A DNA stretch of 64,000 nucleotides from Eledone cirrhosa (GCA_964016885.1 OZ024740.1:168268001-168332000), one strand, 5' to 3'; shown: positions 25,631 to 40,079, numbered from the stretch's first letter. A program made the numbers and translations. The notes: generated by a model not told the origin, from the sequence alone.

Positions 25631-25909
25631 CTATACACACACACACTCATATGCACAAACACATATGCACACACACCCATACACACACATACATATATAT
25701 ATAATGGTTTCTGATTTAGGCACAAGACCAACAATTTTTTTTTGGGGGGGGGGGAATTAAATCGATCCCAGTGCGTTACCGGCGTTTTATTTTATCAATC
25801 CCATAGGTTGAAAGGCAAAGCTAACCTCGGCCAGATTTGAACTCAAAGCGTAAAGGGCCTTCCTTATACACGCACACACACACATATATATATAAAAGTC
25901 AGCTCAAAA

Positions 25910-26130
25910 GTGACACAGAGGAGACTGAGGTCAGCTGGACATGCTCACCAACATCCAGAGCTGACATTGCACTCAGTGCTCCTGTGGGAGCCCCTACATG
26001 AACACACTGGAAGAGGAAGACAGGTTAACGTATGTTGATGCCCTAAGGACAGACACTGGTCTGTTGGAGACGCAGGACATGGCAGCGATAATGAGGGACA
26101 GAGATCGCTGGAGAGAACTCGTCCATGGAT
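25910..26130 (+). mobile_element. RTE-type LINE 3' fragment
   Basis: RRLRSAGH..LLWEP..LTYVDALRTDTG..IMRDRDRWRELV resembles the RTE C-terminus. Confidence 0.65.
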
Positions 26131-26407
26131 CTCGGGAATTTTACCCGTCCCAGAACATATACAGCAAAGCATGTCCGTCGCTCTACCGATGCTGCCAATC
26201 CACATAATAAAAATAGAGATGTATTCGTGAAGTGAACGAGACACTCAAATGAATAGCAGACATAATTAGACAAGCAGTCAAATAAACAGATATGTTATGA
26301 CAATGCCAATAGATCTTATCCCTAACATAATAACAAACAACATTATTATGGATCAGTGGAATGTAGATGTACACACCCGTCTATTCTCACCAGAATATCA
26401 TTTTAAG

Positions 26408-26461
<54 letters not shown>

Positions 26462-26538
26462 GATAGATAGATAAATAGATAGATAGATAGATATAGATAT
26501 AGATATAGACACACATATATATATAATATATTAATATA

Positions 26539-26615
<77 letters not shown>

Positions 26616-27018
26616 TATATATGCATATATATATATGTACATATGTGAGTGTGCGCATATGTGTGTACTGAGGGAAGAGGGGAGACAGACCTTCACAAGG
26701 GTAAACGGGTGTGTACATTTGCATTCCACTAATATATGTACATGTGTAGGTGTGTGTACATATCTATACTTATATATATATATAGAGAAAGAGAGAGAGA
26801 TATGTTCACACTCACACACACACACACACACACACACATTATATAAATATATATATACATATATTGTTTATATATATATATATACATTATATACATATAC
26901 ATTATATATATATATACATTATATATATATATATATATACATTGTATATATATAGATACATATATATATATATATATATATACATTATATATATATACAT
27001 TATATATATATATATGTA

Positions 27019-27052
<34 letters not shown>

Positions 27053-28226
27053 TAAACCTGTATCCTGCTTTTATTATTTTTTTGTAACTTTTCCTTACTC
27101 AGGTCATTATGCACCTTTCACAGCCCCCTACCCACCAAAGAACCTCACTACCTATAACCCGGACTAACTGGGACTTTAAAATAATTATGGTCTATTTGCA
27201 CTTTTCATTGGGTTGCTACCTTCGACTTGTGTGGTGGCTTTTCCCGGCTGCGCCCTGGGAGCTCGGAAAGTTCAGCCTTCCTTGAGTGCTCGGAAAAATA
27301 AATTTCCCCTCTTTCGGTAAACGGAATTACTCGGAGCGGGTTGCTTTGCCCCGGTCCCACCGCGCCGCCTGGTTTGGCCACCATATTATACTTATACCTC
27401 CAAACTCCAGGTTTAGGCATAACTATTAGCTGTATCATGCCTCTACTGGCACGTAAATAAACACCTCAAGTGGGATTTAATAGTATTTGTTTGGTGTGGA
27501 GGATGGCCTGTAGAAATTGTGGACTTCCCGCTAGCGCTCCCGGGGCCTTGAGGTAGCTACGTTCCTAGAGTACTCGGAAAAATTAATTTACATTTCTTTC
27601 GCTGGACGATACCACTCGAGACTGGCTGACACGTGGTTAGGAGGTGCTGGCTGGGACTCACAATCAAAATCTTTACTCTATATCCCATCCTTATATCTTA
27701 TCGAGATAAATTTTTTCATATAAGACTCTCTCTGTGAGTTTATTAAATAAATCTCGCTACCTTAACCTTTAATTTTCTAATAATTTATTTTTCAATTTAT
27801 CATTTTGCAATTTAATATTTTTTAATTTAATTTAATTTCATCCTATAACTCGCAACATAAGTTTAACGTTCCAATTTTCGGTTCACACATTAGACCATAC
27901 AGACATCCAATATATATGCCTTTGTTAAATATAGATTCTTTGGAGTAGCATTTTTCGCAGCATTTTCTAGCATGAATGTAGTGTGACCCTTACGCTGACT
28001 TCTTTCTTCCTTCTTCCTTTCTTTCTTTCCCTTTTCTTTGACAGAGAGGTGGTAGTGCATTATAAGCCTTCGCCCTCTCACCAGATGGTCATTAGTAGAT
28101 TCAGATGCCATCACTTTGAGGGCGACTGGCCGAGGTGAAGGCACCTAGTTGGTCAGTCGTCCTCTTTGTCTCTGTCTCTGATTTTTCGGACCCATGGTTT
28201 TTTACATATTCCTTTGTTATATTCCA

Positions 28227-28284
28227 ATACCTGATGATGTCACCAGATTCATATGGAACCCGGTCATTGAAATGATCATAGTAT
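28227..28284 (+). ncRNA. Type I hammerhead motif near the 3' end of a TA-flanked element (about 27055-28330)
   Basis: ATAC-CTGATGA-[imperfect stem II]-GAA-ATGATCAT-A-GTAT, immediately followed by AATAAA. Confidence 0.6.
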
Positions 28285-28566
28285 AATAAACCTTTCAAGG
28301 ATTTACACCAGTCCAGCCTCCTGTTATTTTATTTATATATATATATATATATATTAGTACAGCATTAACGAAGCTTTAGGCTGCGGCTAAGCTAACGAAT
28401 GCAGATTCGGAATGCAGCTTAGCACTCGATGGAGAATAATACCCCAGAGTTATAACAATACGTTTAGACAGCTTTGCAAATCAAATATAGCGACCGGCAG
28501 TCCAGCCGCATTGCCATAGCAACGAAAAGAACTGAACTGAGGGAAAGATATATATATATATATGCA

Positions 28567-29855
28567 AAAGTTCTATTTAAAATTGTTGGGATACAACAAG
28601 TAAATATTTTTATAACTGATACAAAGCACTCGAAAAATTTTTGGAGTAGATATACGATATTAATAAATGGAAACTATATTTATAAAACCATATTTATTTC
28701 ATTATACATATTTCAGGGATACCACATTAAATCATGGTATGCGTTCATCAGACAAAATACAATATATAACAGTTTTACAAATAGGTTTGACGTACCCTTT
28801 AAAATACAACCATTACTTTTGGAGGCTGTCTGGATAGTGATTTGTTCATTCATTATACATATGTATGTGTATATATGTGTGTGTATATATCTATGTGGTT
28901 GAGAGGTATGTTGCAGATGTGCATAATATTAAACACATGAATGGTAATCGTATATATGAGGACATGATTGTTAATCGTATATATTTGTATATATATACTG
29001 TGAAACTTTTATAACACAATGAGTGTATAGCAGTGATTAAGAGAAATTATTTACGTTTTGTATGGCTATATTGTTGGCTTGAGTAAACATAATTTCTATT
29101 TTCAGGACGTGCGTATCTATATATATGTATATATACATATGTATTTGTATGTCTTTGCATAAAATACTAATCTCTATACCAAGGGTACATTTTGAACTCA
29201 GATTTTGGTATATTGATCTCAAGTTTCTAAACTAAACATATGGTCATTATTGAACAATGTTTAATTTCTCATATTATATATCTGTGTCCCATTCATGAAT
29301 ATTGATACTTATATAAATTGTTAACTTAACTTAATATGACATGACGTAAAGTCGTCACTGTCCCGTCTCTCTATATAGTATTTCTCTCTCTTGAGTTTCT
29401 CTTTCTGTATGATGACTTGATATCTCTCTGTTGCTTTCCTTTGTTTTTCTTATTCCTTTGTTTTTCTTATTCCTTCCTTTTCTTTCTTTTTTATTTCCTC
29501 CTATCTTTATCTATCTCTTTCTTTTCTCCATACTTTTCTCTCTCTCCGATATTTCTCCAGGTTTTCTTTCTCTTTTCTTTCTCTCTCTCTGTCTTTGTTC
29601 TTTTCTCTTTCTTTCTCTCCGTCTTTTTCTAATTGTGCTTAACAATATGACTTATTATATGAACAAATCACTATCCAGACAGCCTCCAAAAGTAATGGTT
29701 GTATTTTAAAGGGTACGTCAAACCTATTTGTAAAACTGTTATATATTGTATTTTGTCTGATGAAGGCATACCATAATTTAATGTGGTATCCCTGAAATAT
29801 GTATAATGAAATAAATATGGTTTTATAAATATAGTTTCCATTTATTAATATCGTA
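28567..29855. mobile_element. Non-coding PLE derivative: family B pLTR in inverted orientation around a spacer of about 800 bp
   Basis: Arms 28655-28850 and 29659-29855 are near-identical inverted repeats, with HHRs at 28695-28759 (-) and 29749-29813 (+). The spacer shares blocks (AAACTA.ACATA.G.TCATTA, GTGTC.CATTCATGAATA.TGATA) with 1790-2580. Confidence 0.8.
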
Positions 29856-32800
29856 TATATATATATATATATATATAGATTCAGCGAGAATCGCATTTCG
29901 GCGGGTAGAAAAGGCGAAACGAAACCCAAACATCAGATATGATACTGGCAAGCGCTCGATAGTTAAAAAACTAGAGCTCAACAATATTTTAAGAGGCCAT
30001 ACAAAACTGAAATACTGGTCAAGAAAGCGTCAACCACCTAAGCCAAAAAGCAAATCAAGCTAAACAGGTCAAAACAAAATAAAATAAATGATAAAGAAAA
30101 CACAGACCTGGACCCCTTGGAATTATATATATATATATTGTGTGTATGTGTGTGTGAGAGAAAGAGTGAGAGGGGGGAGAAAAAAATAAGAAAGATCGTA
30201 TGGTGCATGAACCCAACTCCTTTGAAACAATTCGTTCATATTTTTTAATGCAAATAATCTCGTTTATTACATATCTGATCCCTAAATCAAGCAGATTTTT
30301 ACCCCTGGAATTTTTTTCCCGAAAATGATCAAAGCATTTATCTTTAATTACGATTTTATATACTCGAGTCTTGTAAAGCAGAACTTCATAAACCGACAGC
30401 CTTCTTCCCATCGTACGAACCTTCTGGTAGATTAAACAGAATTAGTATAACAGAATTAGCAACCTTTCAATATTTCCTGTATTTTCATGTAATGTTTCGT
30501 GTATTTTCCTATGTCAAATTATAAATACTGCCTAGGTTTGTTTGAACTTTCACTACCGTCAGATTAATGTTTCGTGCTGTGTTCAACTTCAGAAAAATAT
30601 ATTTCTATATTTTGTATTGAATACTCTCTTTTCTCCTTCCTGCTTGCAGTTTCTTGCGGAAACATATAAAACATACAGAAACAGACAAAGGATGCATATG
30701 AGGCCAAGTAGTCATGAAGGACTTTGCACGAGTACACAGTAAGACACCCGATATAGGAATGGAATCCGCAACCTTATTATCATGAGACCAACACTCTAAT
30801 CACTTGCTGGGCTGTAATTAACATCCGGGGCATTGCCAAATGATACTGCTGTTCAATATCTTTTGGGCGTTTTCCAATCTTTAACAGATCAAATCTGGTA
30901 TTGGTCCACTAAAGGTTCATGGCCACAAGCATTATATTATCTTTAATTAGGATTAACCCACAAAGACGTATATGTATGTGTCAAAGGTAGCTTATGGTAC
31001 ACTTGTATCATTGACTCTATTGTGTGAGAATTGCCAGTATAACGATGGAACAAAAGTTACTCTATAGTGAGATAGGTAAACACTCTCCTGGATATTGGTT
31101 AGATTATGGAACACACTTGGATTCTTATTGCACTGATAATATCCATGGTATGATAGAATCTAGGATGGTTGCAGAAGGAATTCTTTTGATTGTATGTTTT
31201 CATGAGTTAACTTGAGCTATACAACAACAGAAACAAAAATAACAGTTCAAAACACAGTTACTAAACAAATTCACTAATTATGCTTCACAAGTAATGCAAA
31301 GCCAAGAATATTGTCATTGCTCTTCGGTTCTAGGTTGATAAAAACAATTATCAACGAGTTTCCAGCCATGACCATACCATTTATTTTTAAACATGTTATT
31401 CGATAATAAATTCTTCTATAAGAGAGTGGGATTTGTGATTTAAGGGAGAATTGGCTGCTTTTTCTAACAGGTCGAGTGATATTATAGTCTTTCTGATTCC
31501 ATCCGAGAAATAACGAGTAGCGGCATGCAAAGACACAGCTTTAAATAAATATTTAAATAATATTCCCCTCTAACAGTATTCAGTGCATTCTTTCATTTCA
31601 TTGCATAAGGCATATACACACCAAACACATACACACATGTGTGTGCGTGTGTGTGTCTGCCTGTGTGTGTCTACCTGTGTGTGTGTGTGTCTGTCTGTGT
31701 GTGTGTGTGAGGCTATGTGTGCAATATACAATGTGAATCTATAGGAAATGAGTGTACGATCTGAATCTGGATATAATATGAATTCAAAACTGGAAGCCTT
31801 ACTTTTTATTTAGCCTCAATTGTTAAGAAAAGCATGGGATCTTTAGAAAACCTTGACATCAAATACATTAGTCAGACACATGGTCATCTCTTCATTTCTA
31901 CACAGATATACAGACAAACAGATATACACGCACACATACACACACATGAATATATATGTATATATGTGTATGCATACATACACACACACACACACATGTG
32001 TATTTACGTATATGTATTTATGTATACACGATTTGTGGAAAACGTTTTCACGGCCCCTTGTATGAGTAAATAATTATTTTTCCTTCTGGCACATGGTCAA
32101 ATATTTATATGGCATCCGTATAGCCGTATATTCGATGGGATCTATGTGTGTGGTAGTTATTATATCAACCATGCAATGATCAAAGCTAACGTTAACCAAA
32201 CCATGATTAAAACGTGCGATGTAGGGGGGTGGAATTAAATACAATAAGATATTTAGCTCGTACTGGCATATTATCAAAACCTTCCAGCCATTATCACCCT
32301 ATCTTTTTGTATTTCCATGATTATATTTTCCTATGTATCCTTCATTTTTTCAGATGATAGGATGTAATTTAATGGAGGTTTGACTGCGGTTTCTAGCATA
32401 TCAGGTTACCTAATAGAAAAAAGTTATCTTGTTTGCAAGGGAATAGTATAACTAACGGATTCAAACAAAATACACTATTGATTTAGTTAACTGCACAGGA
32501 ATGAAAGGTTTATTTAACTCAGCTTGAACACAATTAACCTTAGAAGAGGTATGGGCAAACTTTTTCGAGTAGTGTGTCGCATATTATGTGATACATTATA
32601 AGGCGGACCGTAGTACTAAAAAGGTCGAGGCAATTTTGATATTAGGCATGTCAATCAGAAAGTCAAACGAGCCGCAATTTGCCGATGACTGCCTTAGAAC
32701 AAGGGTCCCTAAAGTGGTGAATAAAATTATCCAGGGCTCGATTCAACTTTTGGGCCAAAATCTGATATTTGTAAAAGAAATCAAGATATATAAAATAGTA

Positions 32801-33309
32801 CAATAAAATACAAATTGCTCATTCAGGTTTCAGATTTATATATAATTAGTATATAATGCCTATTTTTTTAATATTTTGTTTACTGATGTATTTATTTAAT
32901 TTTGTTCATGGTACTCCCCATGTGGGTTTTTAGAGGTTGGTAAGTCTGATACTGAGCGACAAGTTTAGTCGAGAAACACATGAACAGAAAAAGTTACACA
33001 AACGGGCTTCTGCACAGTTTCTGTCTATTAAATTTCGCTCACTATTGGTAGAAAGCTACGGTAGAAAAAACTTGCTCAAATTATGTCGCAGTGAGATTGA
33101 AGCCTTAACCCCACAGCCAAACTTATTATTTCATCTTCTACTCTTCCCACCGAGATGTGTAGATATTAATGTGCACATGTTACATTCACAAACGCGAGCC
33201 AACGAGGGAACATCAACATACATATTCAACATGCTTGGAACTGCTGCCTCAGTTCCATCAAAAGCACCCTAACATCTGAAAAATGGAAAAACATATTCAA
33301 TTATGTTTT

Positions 33310-33575
33310 CCTGGTAGTAAGGGTGTTGGATTTACGATCATAATGTCGTCGTGGGTTCGATTCCTGGGCTGGGTTGCACGTTGTGTTCTTGAGCAAAGCA
33401 TTTCATTTCACGTTGCTCCAGTATACTCAGCTATAAATGAGTACCAACAGTAGCTGAGGGTTTAACCCTGCGATGGACTGACGTCCTGTCCAGGATGGGG
33501 GGGGGGGTACTCTCAGTCGCTTCACGCCATGATAAGCACCGGGATAAGCACCGGCCTAATGAGCCTTAAATGGCT
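33310..33575 (+). mobile_element. SINE with CORE-like and V-like domains
   Basis: B box GGTTCGATTCC, GTTGTGTTCTTGAGCAA (CORE-like) and CCTGCGATGGACTGACGTCCTGTCCAGG (V-like). Confidence 0.7.
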
Positions 33576-34164
33576 TAAAACAGACTTAAGTAAACTACGA
33601 AAATAAGATTGGATGTGGATGGCACGTCTGGAAAGACTTAGACCTGGTCTAAAAACATATGTAACGAGCTAGCAAAGGAGCTCTATGTAATCATACGAAC
33701 TGTTAAAATCGGCAAATATCTTTCAAATGATTCTTAGATATGGTTCCTCACTACAAATAGAAAATTAATGGCAGGATACATTGAGTAATGCAATCATACA
33801 TACACTATCTTAAAAACAACATGGCTATGGTTGTAACACTTTATATAAATCAGCGACCAGTCGTTTAAACATAACAAAAGAACTCATGCAGACAACATTA
33901 TGGAAATTGGCTATGAAGTTTGTTTGTTTTTTGTTTTTGTTTTTTAGTGGGGTTGTATGTATATATGTAAATCTGCGCATGTATATATGTAAGTCTAAGA
34001 AGTTACGAAAAGATGCAACACCACATCTGTGTGTGTGTGAAATAGAAACGGCTTGAGCTCTGCCGTCGGGGTCATACTTGTTCCTATTACCCACTCCACT
34101 ACCCTAAGTATTGAGTACTTTGGTGCGTTATGATCCATCTGGTTCCTTACCACAATTCCTTCGT

Positions 34165-34242
<78 letters not shown>

Positions 34243-34497
34243 TGTGTGTCTGTGAGTGTGTGTGTGCGCGCGTGTCTGTCTGTCAGTGTGTGTGTGCGCG
34301 CGTGTGTGTCTGTCTGTGTGTGTGTGCGTGTGTGTATGTGTTTTGGGAAGGTCATTTTGCCAATTAAGACACACGTACTGGTTACGGTTCACTACTTAAT
34401 AAAACGGTCTGTCAGTCTTTCGTTTTACTTTTTTTAAGTTCAAACACATGCGTACATACACATACACACATACGTATAGACACACTCACACACATAA

Positions 34498-34638
<141 letters not shown>

Positions 34639-34749
34639 AAAAATAAATACACAGATACATACATATACATGCATATACACACATATATCCCTGAATTTGT
34701 GTGGTGCCAACCTTAACCGTTGTTGCTCTATGATTAATAGGGACAAAAT

Positions 34750-34932
34750 AATTGTTTCTGCTTTAGGCACAAGGCCAGCAATTACCCAGTGCATTACTGG
34801 TACTTTATTTTATCGACCCCGTAAGGATGAAAGGCAAAGTCAACCTCGGCGGGATTTGAACTCAGATCGTAAAGGGACGTAACTATGCTGGAAAGCATGG
34901 CGTCCGACCCTCTACCGATACTGCCAATCCAC
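34750..34932 (-). mobile_element. tRNA-derived SINE
   Basis: Reverse complement of the family at 21380. Further copies at about 25710-25860(-), 37290-37476(-), 38880-39140(-), 39247-39435(+), 51275-51465(+), 53120-53350(+) and 56360-56515(-). Confidence 0.9.
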
Positions 34933-34997
34933 AGTCCTAGGGACAAAATAATCTGAATGAATTAGATTGGCCCAATATCAGAGCTATATAATACATT

Positions 34998-35622
34998 ATA
35001 AAGAAAGAAGAAACATTAGACATAAATAAAAATATATACTGTATATACCCAATATTCTTCGACATCCTCGACTGCGCAGTTTCGTGGCTACTATGCAAAA
35101 ATATTACATAATAGAAATGCAGTATTTTTGTGTGGTTTGCCAACTTATCAAGAGAATACCTCATTTAAATTTCAAAACACGTCCGCAAGGCGTGAGAGAG
35201 AATCACGGAAAGGTGGAGGGGGAACTTATCACGTGATACAGCGGTCAAGGAACAGAGTTAAGCCTCTTGCAACCAAGAGAAAAAATACCACAAATGGCGG
35301 AGGGGGTATTAATATCTAGGCCACAGACGAGGTGGCTAAGGAGGGCTAGAAGTGTAAATAGTGTAAGCTTGACATCAGTCACTATACTTCTGTGGTTACT
35401 CTACCGTAGGGAGTTATAGACAATAAAAAGAAATACACAGATACATGCGAATATATACATAAATGAGGTATTCTCTTGATAAGTTGGCAAACCTCACAAA
35501 AATACTGCATCTCTATGATGTAATGTTTTTATATAGTAGCCACGAAACTGCGCAGTCGAGGATGTCGTAGAATATTGGGTATATATATTTTTTCTTTATG
35601 TCTAATGTTTCTTCTTTCTTTA
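34998..35622. mobile_element. Short non-coding element with inverted arms of about 165 bp (34998-35166 and 35461-35622), each carrying a U3-A8 hammerhead
   Basis: The arms are diverged reverse complements, with HHRs at 35064-35157 (-) and 35470-35563 (+). Confidence 0.8.
35470..35563 (+). ncRNA. Type I hammerhead motif, U3-A8 core, long stem II
   Basis: ATTCTC-TTGATAA-GTTGGC[..AAAAATACTGCATC tctat GATGTAATGTTTTT..]GCCAC-GAA-ACTGCGCAGT-C-GAGGAT. Confidence 0.78.
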
Positions 35623-35732
35623 TATATATATATATATATATACATACATAAACACATGCATACATGCAGATATAAATACATACATACATACACACACACA
35701 CATATGCATAGACACACTCACACACATACACG

Positions 35733-35798
<66 letters not shown>

Positions 35799-36008
35799 CA
35801 TAAACTCTTTTATATATACATACATACATGCATACATACACACATACATACATGCATAGATACATACACACATACATACATACACACATACATATATACA
35901 TGCATACGTACACACATACACACATACATACATACATACATACATACATACATACATACATACATACATACATACATACATACATACATACATACATACA
36001 TACATACA

Positions 36009-36624
36009 TGGCGGCTGCCAACTCGTTTTCGAGTACGGCCACTACTTTATATCCATGTAGGAGAACCCCTACCGATGCGCTGAACAAGTGTGACTTTTTA
36101 GTCCAGCCAGCGACTTGACAACTCTGGTACAAACACTACACTTGTGACAATTATTGACACATAGTGCTGGGCCCATGGTACCATGTGATGACAAGTGCAG
36201 AGGGATCTCCAGATACAAAGCAATGCCTGTGCCGTGAAGCTTTTATAGTGAGCAAAGGCACTGCACAAAGCCAGTCCCACTCTCTTAACCAAGATGATAT
36301 TTACCGAAAAGAAGAACAAGTCAACATCATTGGATACCATCAGGGTTGCAGGTGTTATATCAGAGTTTTCCTTCTCCTAGAATTCTGCCTTGACAAAGGC
36401 TAAGGGGTCATCTCTCCCGGTGATTTTGGATGGCCATTGACTTAAGAGCTCCTTTGCCCTTTGACAGGTTTTGTTTTTAGTCCTGCAGGATGTCCAAAGT
36501 CACCCTCCTCACCAAGAAACCTTGGTGAGGTTACCACTTTAGTCGCCATGAGACAGGTTGTACTGGGATACATGTTACCAGTAGCACCAACATACATACA
36601 TACATACATACATACATACATACA

Positions 36625-36655
<31 letters not shown>

Positions 36656-37212
36656 GGTGGCTGCCAACTCGTTTTCGAGTACGGCCACTACTTTATATCC
36701 ATGTAGGAGAACCCCTACCGATGCGCTGAACGAGTGTGACTTTGTAGTCCAGCCAGCGACTTGAAAACTCTCGTATAAACACTACACTTGTGACAATTAT
36801 TGACACATAGTGCTGGGACCATGGTACCATGTGACGACAAGTGCAGAGATCTCCAGATATAAAGCAATGCCTGTGCCGTGAAGCTTTTATAGTGAGCAAA
36901 GGCACTGCACAAAGCCAGTCCCACTCTCTTAACCAAGATGATATTTACCAAAAAGAAGAACAAGTCAACATCATTGGATACCATCAGGGTTGCAGGTGCT
37001 ATATCAGAGTTTTTCTTCTCCTAGAATTCTGCCTTGACAAGGGCTAAGGGGTCATCTCTCCCGGTGATTTTGGATGGCCATTGACTCTTAAGAGCTCCTT
37101 TGCCCTTTGGCAGGTTTTGTTTTTAGTCCTGCAGGATGTCCAAAGCCACCCTCCTCACCAAGAAACCTTGGTGGGGTTGCCAGTTTAGTCGCCAACGACC
37201 CGACCATGAGAC
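36009..37212 (-). repeat. Tandem dimer of a non-coding unit of about 560-580 bp separated and flanked by (TACA)n; RTE 5'-UTR-like
   Basis: 36009-36590 and 36655-37212 are highly similar direct copies. The minus strand has GGAGAAGGAAAACTCTGA, a motif I recall from RTE 5' UTRs. Confidence 0.75.
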
Positions 37213-37557
37213 ATACATACATACATACATACACATATATACATACATACACACATACATACATACATACGTACATACATACATACATAATTGTTTCTAC
37301 TTTTTTGGCACAAGGCCAGCAATTACCCAGTGCATTATTGGTACTTTATTTTATCGACCCCGTAAGGATGAAAGGCAAAGTGAACCTCGGCGGGATTTGA
37401 ACTCAGACCATAAAGGGACGTAACTATGCTGGAAAGCATGGCGTCCGACTCTCTACCGATATTGCCAATCCACCGACATACATACATAATACACACATAT
37501 ATACATCATACACACATACATACGTACATGCATACATACACATACATACATATATAC

Positions 37558-38025
37558 ATATGAGAAATCTGCAGATACTCCACCTTGATTGCACCTTCAG
37601 ATTTATGCCTGTGATTATTGGGGCACTGGGATATGTTAGTAACTACCTCAATACAAATCTTGAGAAGTTGGGCTTCACAGGAACAGAAAGAACACAACTA
37701 GTTAGGAAATTACAAGTACAATCCATTAATGGAACAGTAAAAATATGTAAAACATTCCAAAAATGTTGCATCTAATAACTGCATATACACATGTACATAT
37801 ACAAAGCATATACACATGCACACATATAACTCAAAACATACACATCCACACATACAACAACATCCATATCTACACATGCATGCATACATACATATCTACC
37901 TAGTTGATGTGTAAATTTCAATGAGAGAGTATTGTGTCTATGTTAGAAACCGACTCTCTCTCTATTGGTAAAACTTTGTGAAATTATAAAACCAGAAGAA
38001 CATACATACATACATACATACATAA
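37558..38025 (+). mobile_element. 3' fragment of an R4/Dong-like RLE LINE ending in (TACA)n
   Basis: MRNLQILH..PVIIGALGYV..KLQVQSINGTVKICKTF. The 3' UTR is homologous to 48887-49310 (-). Confidence 0.8.
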
Positions 38026-38441
38026 ACACATACGAACAAAAGGAAGAGACTGAGAAATGTGTGTGTATTGTGCTACCTGTAAACTAATAACATGATTGTA
38101 TGATTAGGATAAAACCATTGGAAATGGAAACAATATAATATACATAAAACATCAAAAGAATACGTTTACATGCAGTGTTGTGTGTGTGCACGTATGTGTA
38201 TGTGGAAGAGAGGGGGGAGAGAGGTGATGCTGATGATGATGATGATGTGAGGAGGGGAGGGGATGAGAGAGGAGGAGGGGGAAGAGGGAGAGGAGAAAGA
38301 GAGCGACTGAGGAATGTTAATCGTCTGGTTTTGTAATCAACTGATCAGCAGATCTGATCTATTCACTCGAATAGCAAATGGTATGTTATTCCCACTACAA
38401 AAGTATTCAAATACACATCCTCTCAAATGCATACAGAAGCG

Positions 38442-38473
<32 letters not shown>

Positions 38474-38575
38474 CATGCATACATACATATATGCACACAA
38501 TCATACACGTACAATATAGTGAAAGATATATAACGAAGTATTTGAGATTAGTATGAATAAAAACTTCTGAATATG

Positions 38576-38697
<122 letters not shown>

Positions 38698-38725
38698 TGT
38701 GAGTGTGTCTGTGCGTGTGTGTGTC

Positions 38726-38761
<36 letters not shown>

Positions 38762-40009
38762 GTATATATAATTAAAACTTAACATTCACACCAGAGAAAA
38801 ACAAAATAAATACCTTAGAAGTATTCCAATCTGTCTATCTATTTGTCTATTTACCTTTTCCACATTGCTTAATATATTGGTTTCTACTATAGACATATGG
38901 CCAACAATTTGGGGTGAGGGGAAAGTTGAATAATTGACCTCAGTGCATTAATGGTACTTTATTTATCGACCTCGTAAGGATGAAAGACAAATCTAACCTC
39001 GTCAAGATTTGAACTCAGATTGTAAAGGATGAAAGGCAAAGTTAACCTTGGCGGGATTTGAACTCAGATTGTAAAAGGCCGTAACTCTAAGCTATAAAGC
39101 ATGTTGTCCGACGCTCCACCGATACTCCCGATTCACCGCCCTATATTACTTAATATATTGGAAACAAAATTTGTTTTCGCTCTAACATGGTGGATACCTA
39201 AATGTCTTCGTGAGTGAATAACAATAATATTATAACAATATTATAAAGGTCGGTGGATTGGCAGTATCAGTAGAGGGTCGGACGCCATGCTTTGCAGCAT
39301 AGAGTTACGGCCCTTTATGGTTTGAGTTCAAATCCCGCAAATGTTAACTTTGCCTTTCATCTTACGGGGTCAATAAAATAACGCACCAGTAAGACACTGG
39401 GATAATTGCTGGCCTTGTGCCAAAAGTAGAAATAATTATTAATATTCGGTTCGTTTACAATAGCTCCAAAACAATTGTTGACTATTTTCTCTCTGCTACT
39501 GTTGGAACAAAAGGATGACGTCAGTCATCTAGTAAACACACATGGTGTTATGAGGCTGTTTGCTTGCAAACGAACCAAATATTAATAATATTGTTATAAT
39601 ATTTTCATCATTCACTCATGAATAAATTAATATATTGGCTTTGCTTTTATTTTGAATATGGCTGTTCCATTAAATTACGTGTTGCCGATGTAGATCCACA
39701 CAATTTTGTCTGGATTCTAGTCTGTATATCAATCTATCAACCAGATTATTTATCCTTTCAATCATTTCCGTCTTGGTGTCTTCCTGCTGATATTCATAAT
39801 TAGCGTCACCACAATATTTCTAAGTTGGAGATTTCGCAGAGTCGCAAGGCTGTCAGGTTAAAAATACTTCAGTATTTGTTCCCGCTAACTCGTTCGCTAT
39901 GAGTTCAAATCCCACCCAAGTCAATATTTGCCTTTCATCCTTTCGAGATTGATAAATAACGTACCAGCTCAGTGAGAAAGTCGATTCTATCTCTAGAAAA
40001 AATCGGCCT

Positions 40010-40079
40010 TTGGGTAAAGATACATTGGGTAAAGATACATTAGTAAAGATACGTTGGGTAAAGATACATTGGTGATACA
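40010..40079. repeat. 15-bp minisatellite (TTGGGTAAAGATACA), about 4.5 copies
   Basis: Read directly from the sequence. Confidence 0.85.

Noticed and set aside
40010-40079. Short direct repeats resembling a CRISPR array
   Set aside because: Contiguous 15-bp minisatellite with no spacers, in eukaryotic DNA with no cas genes.
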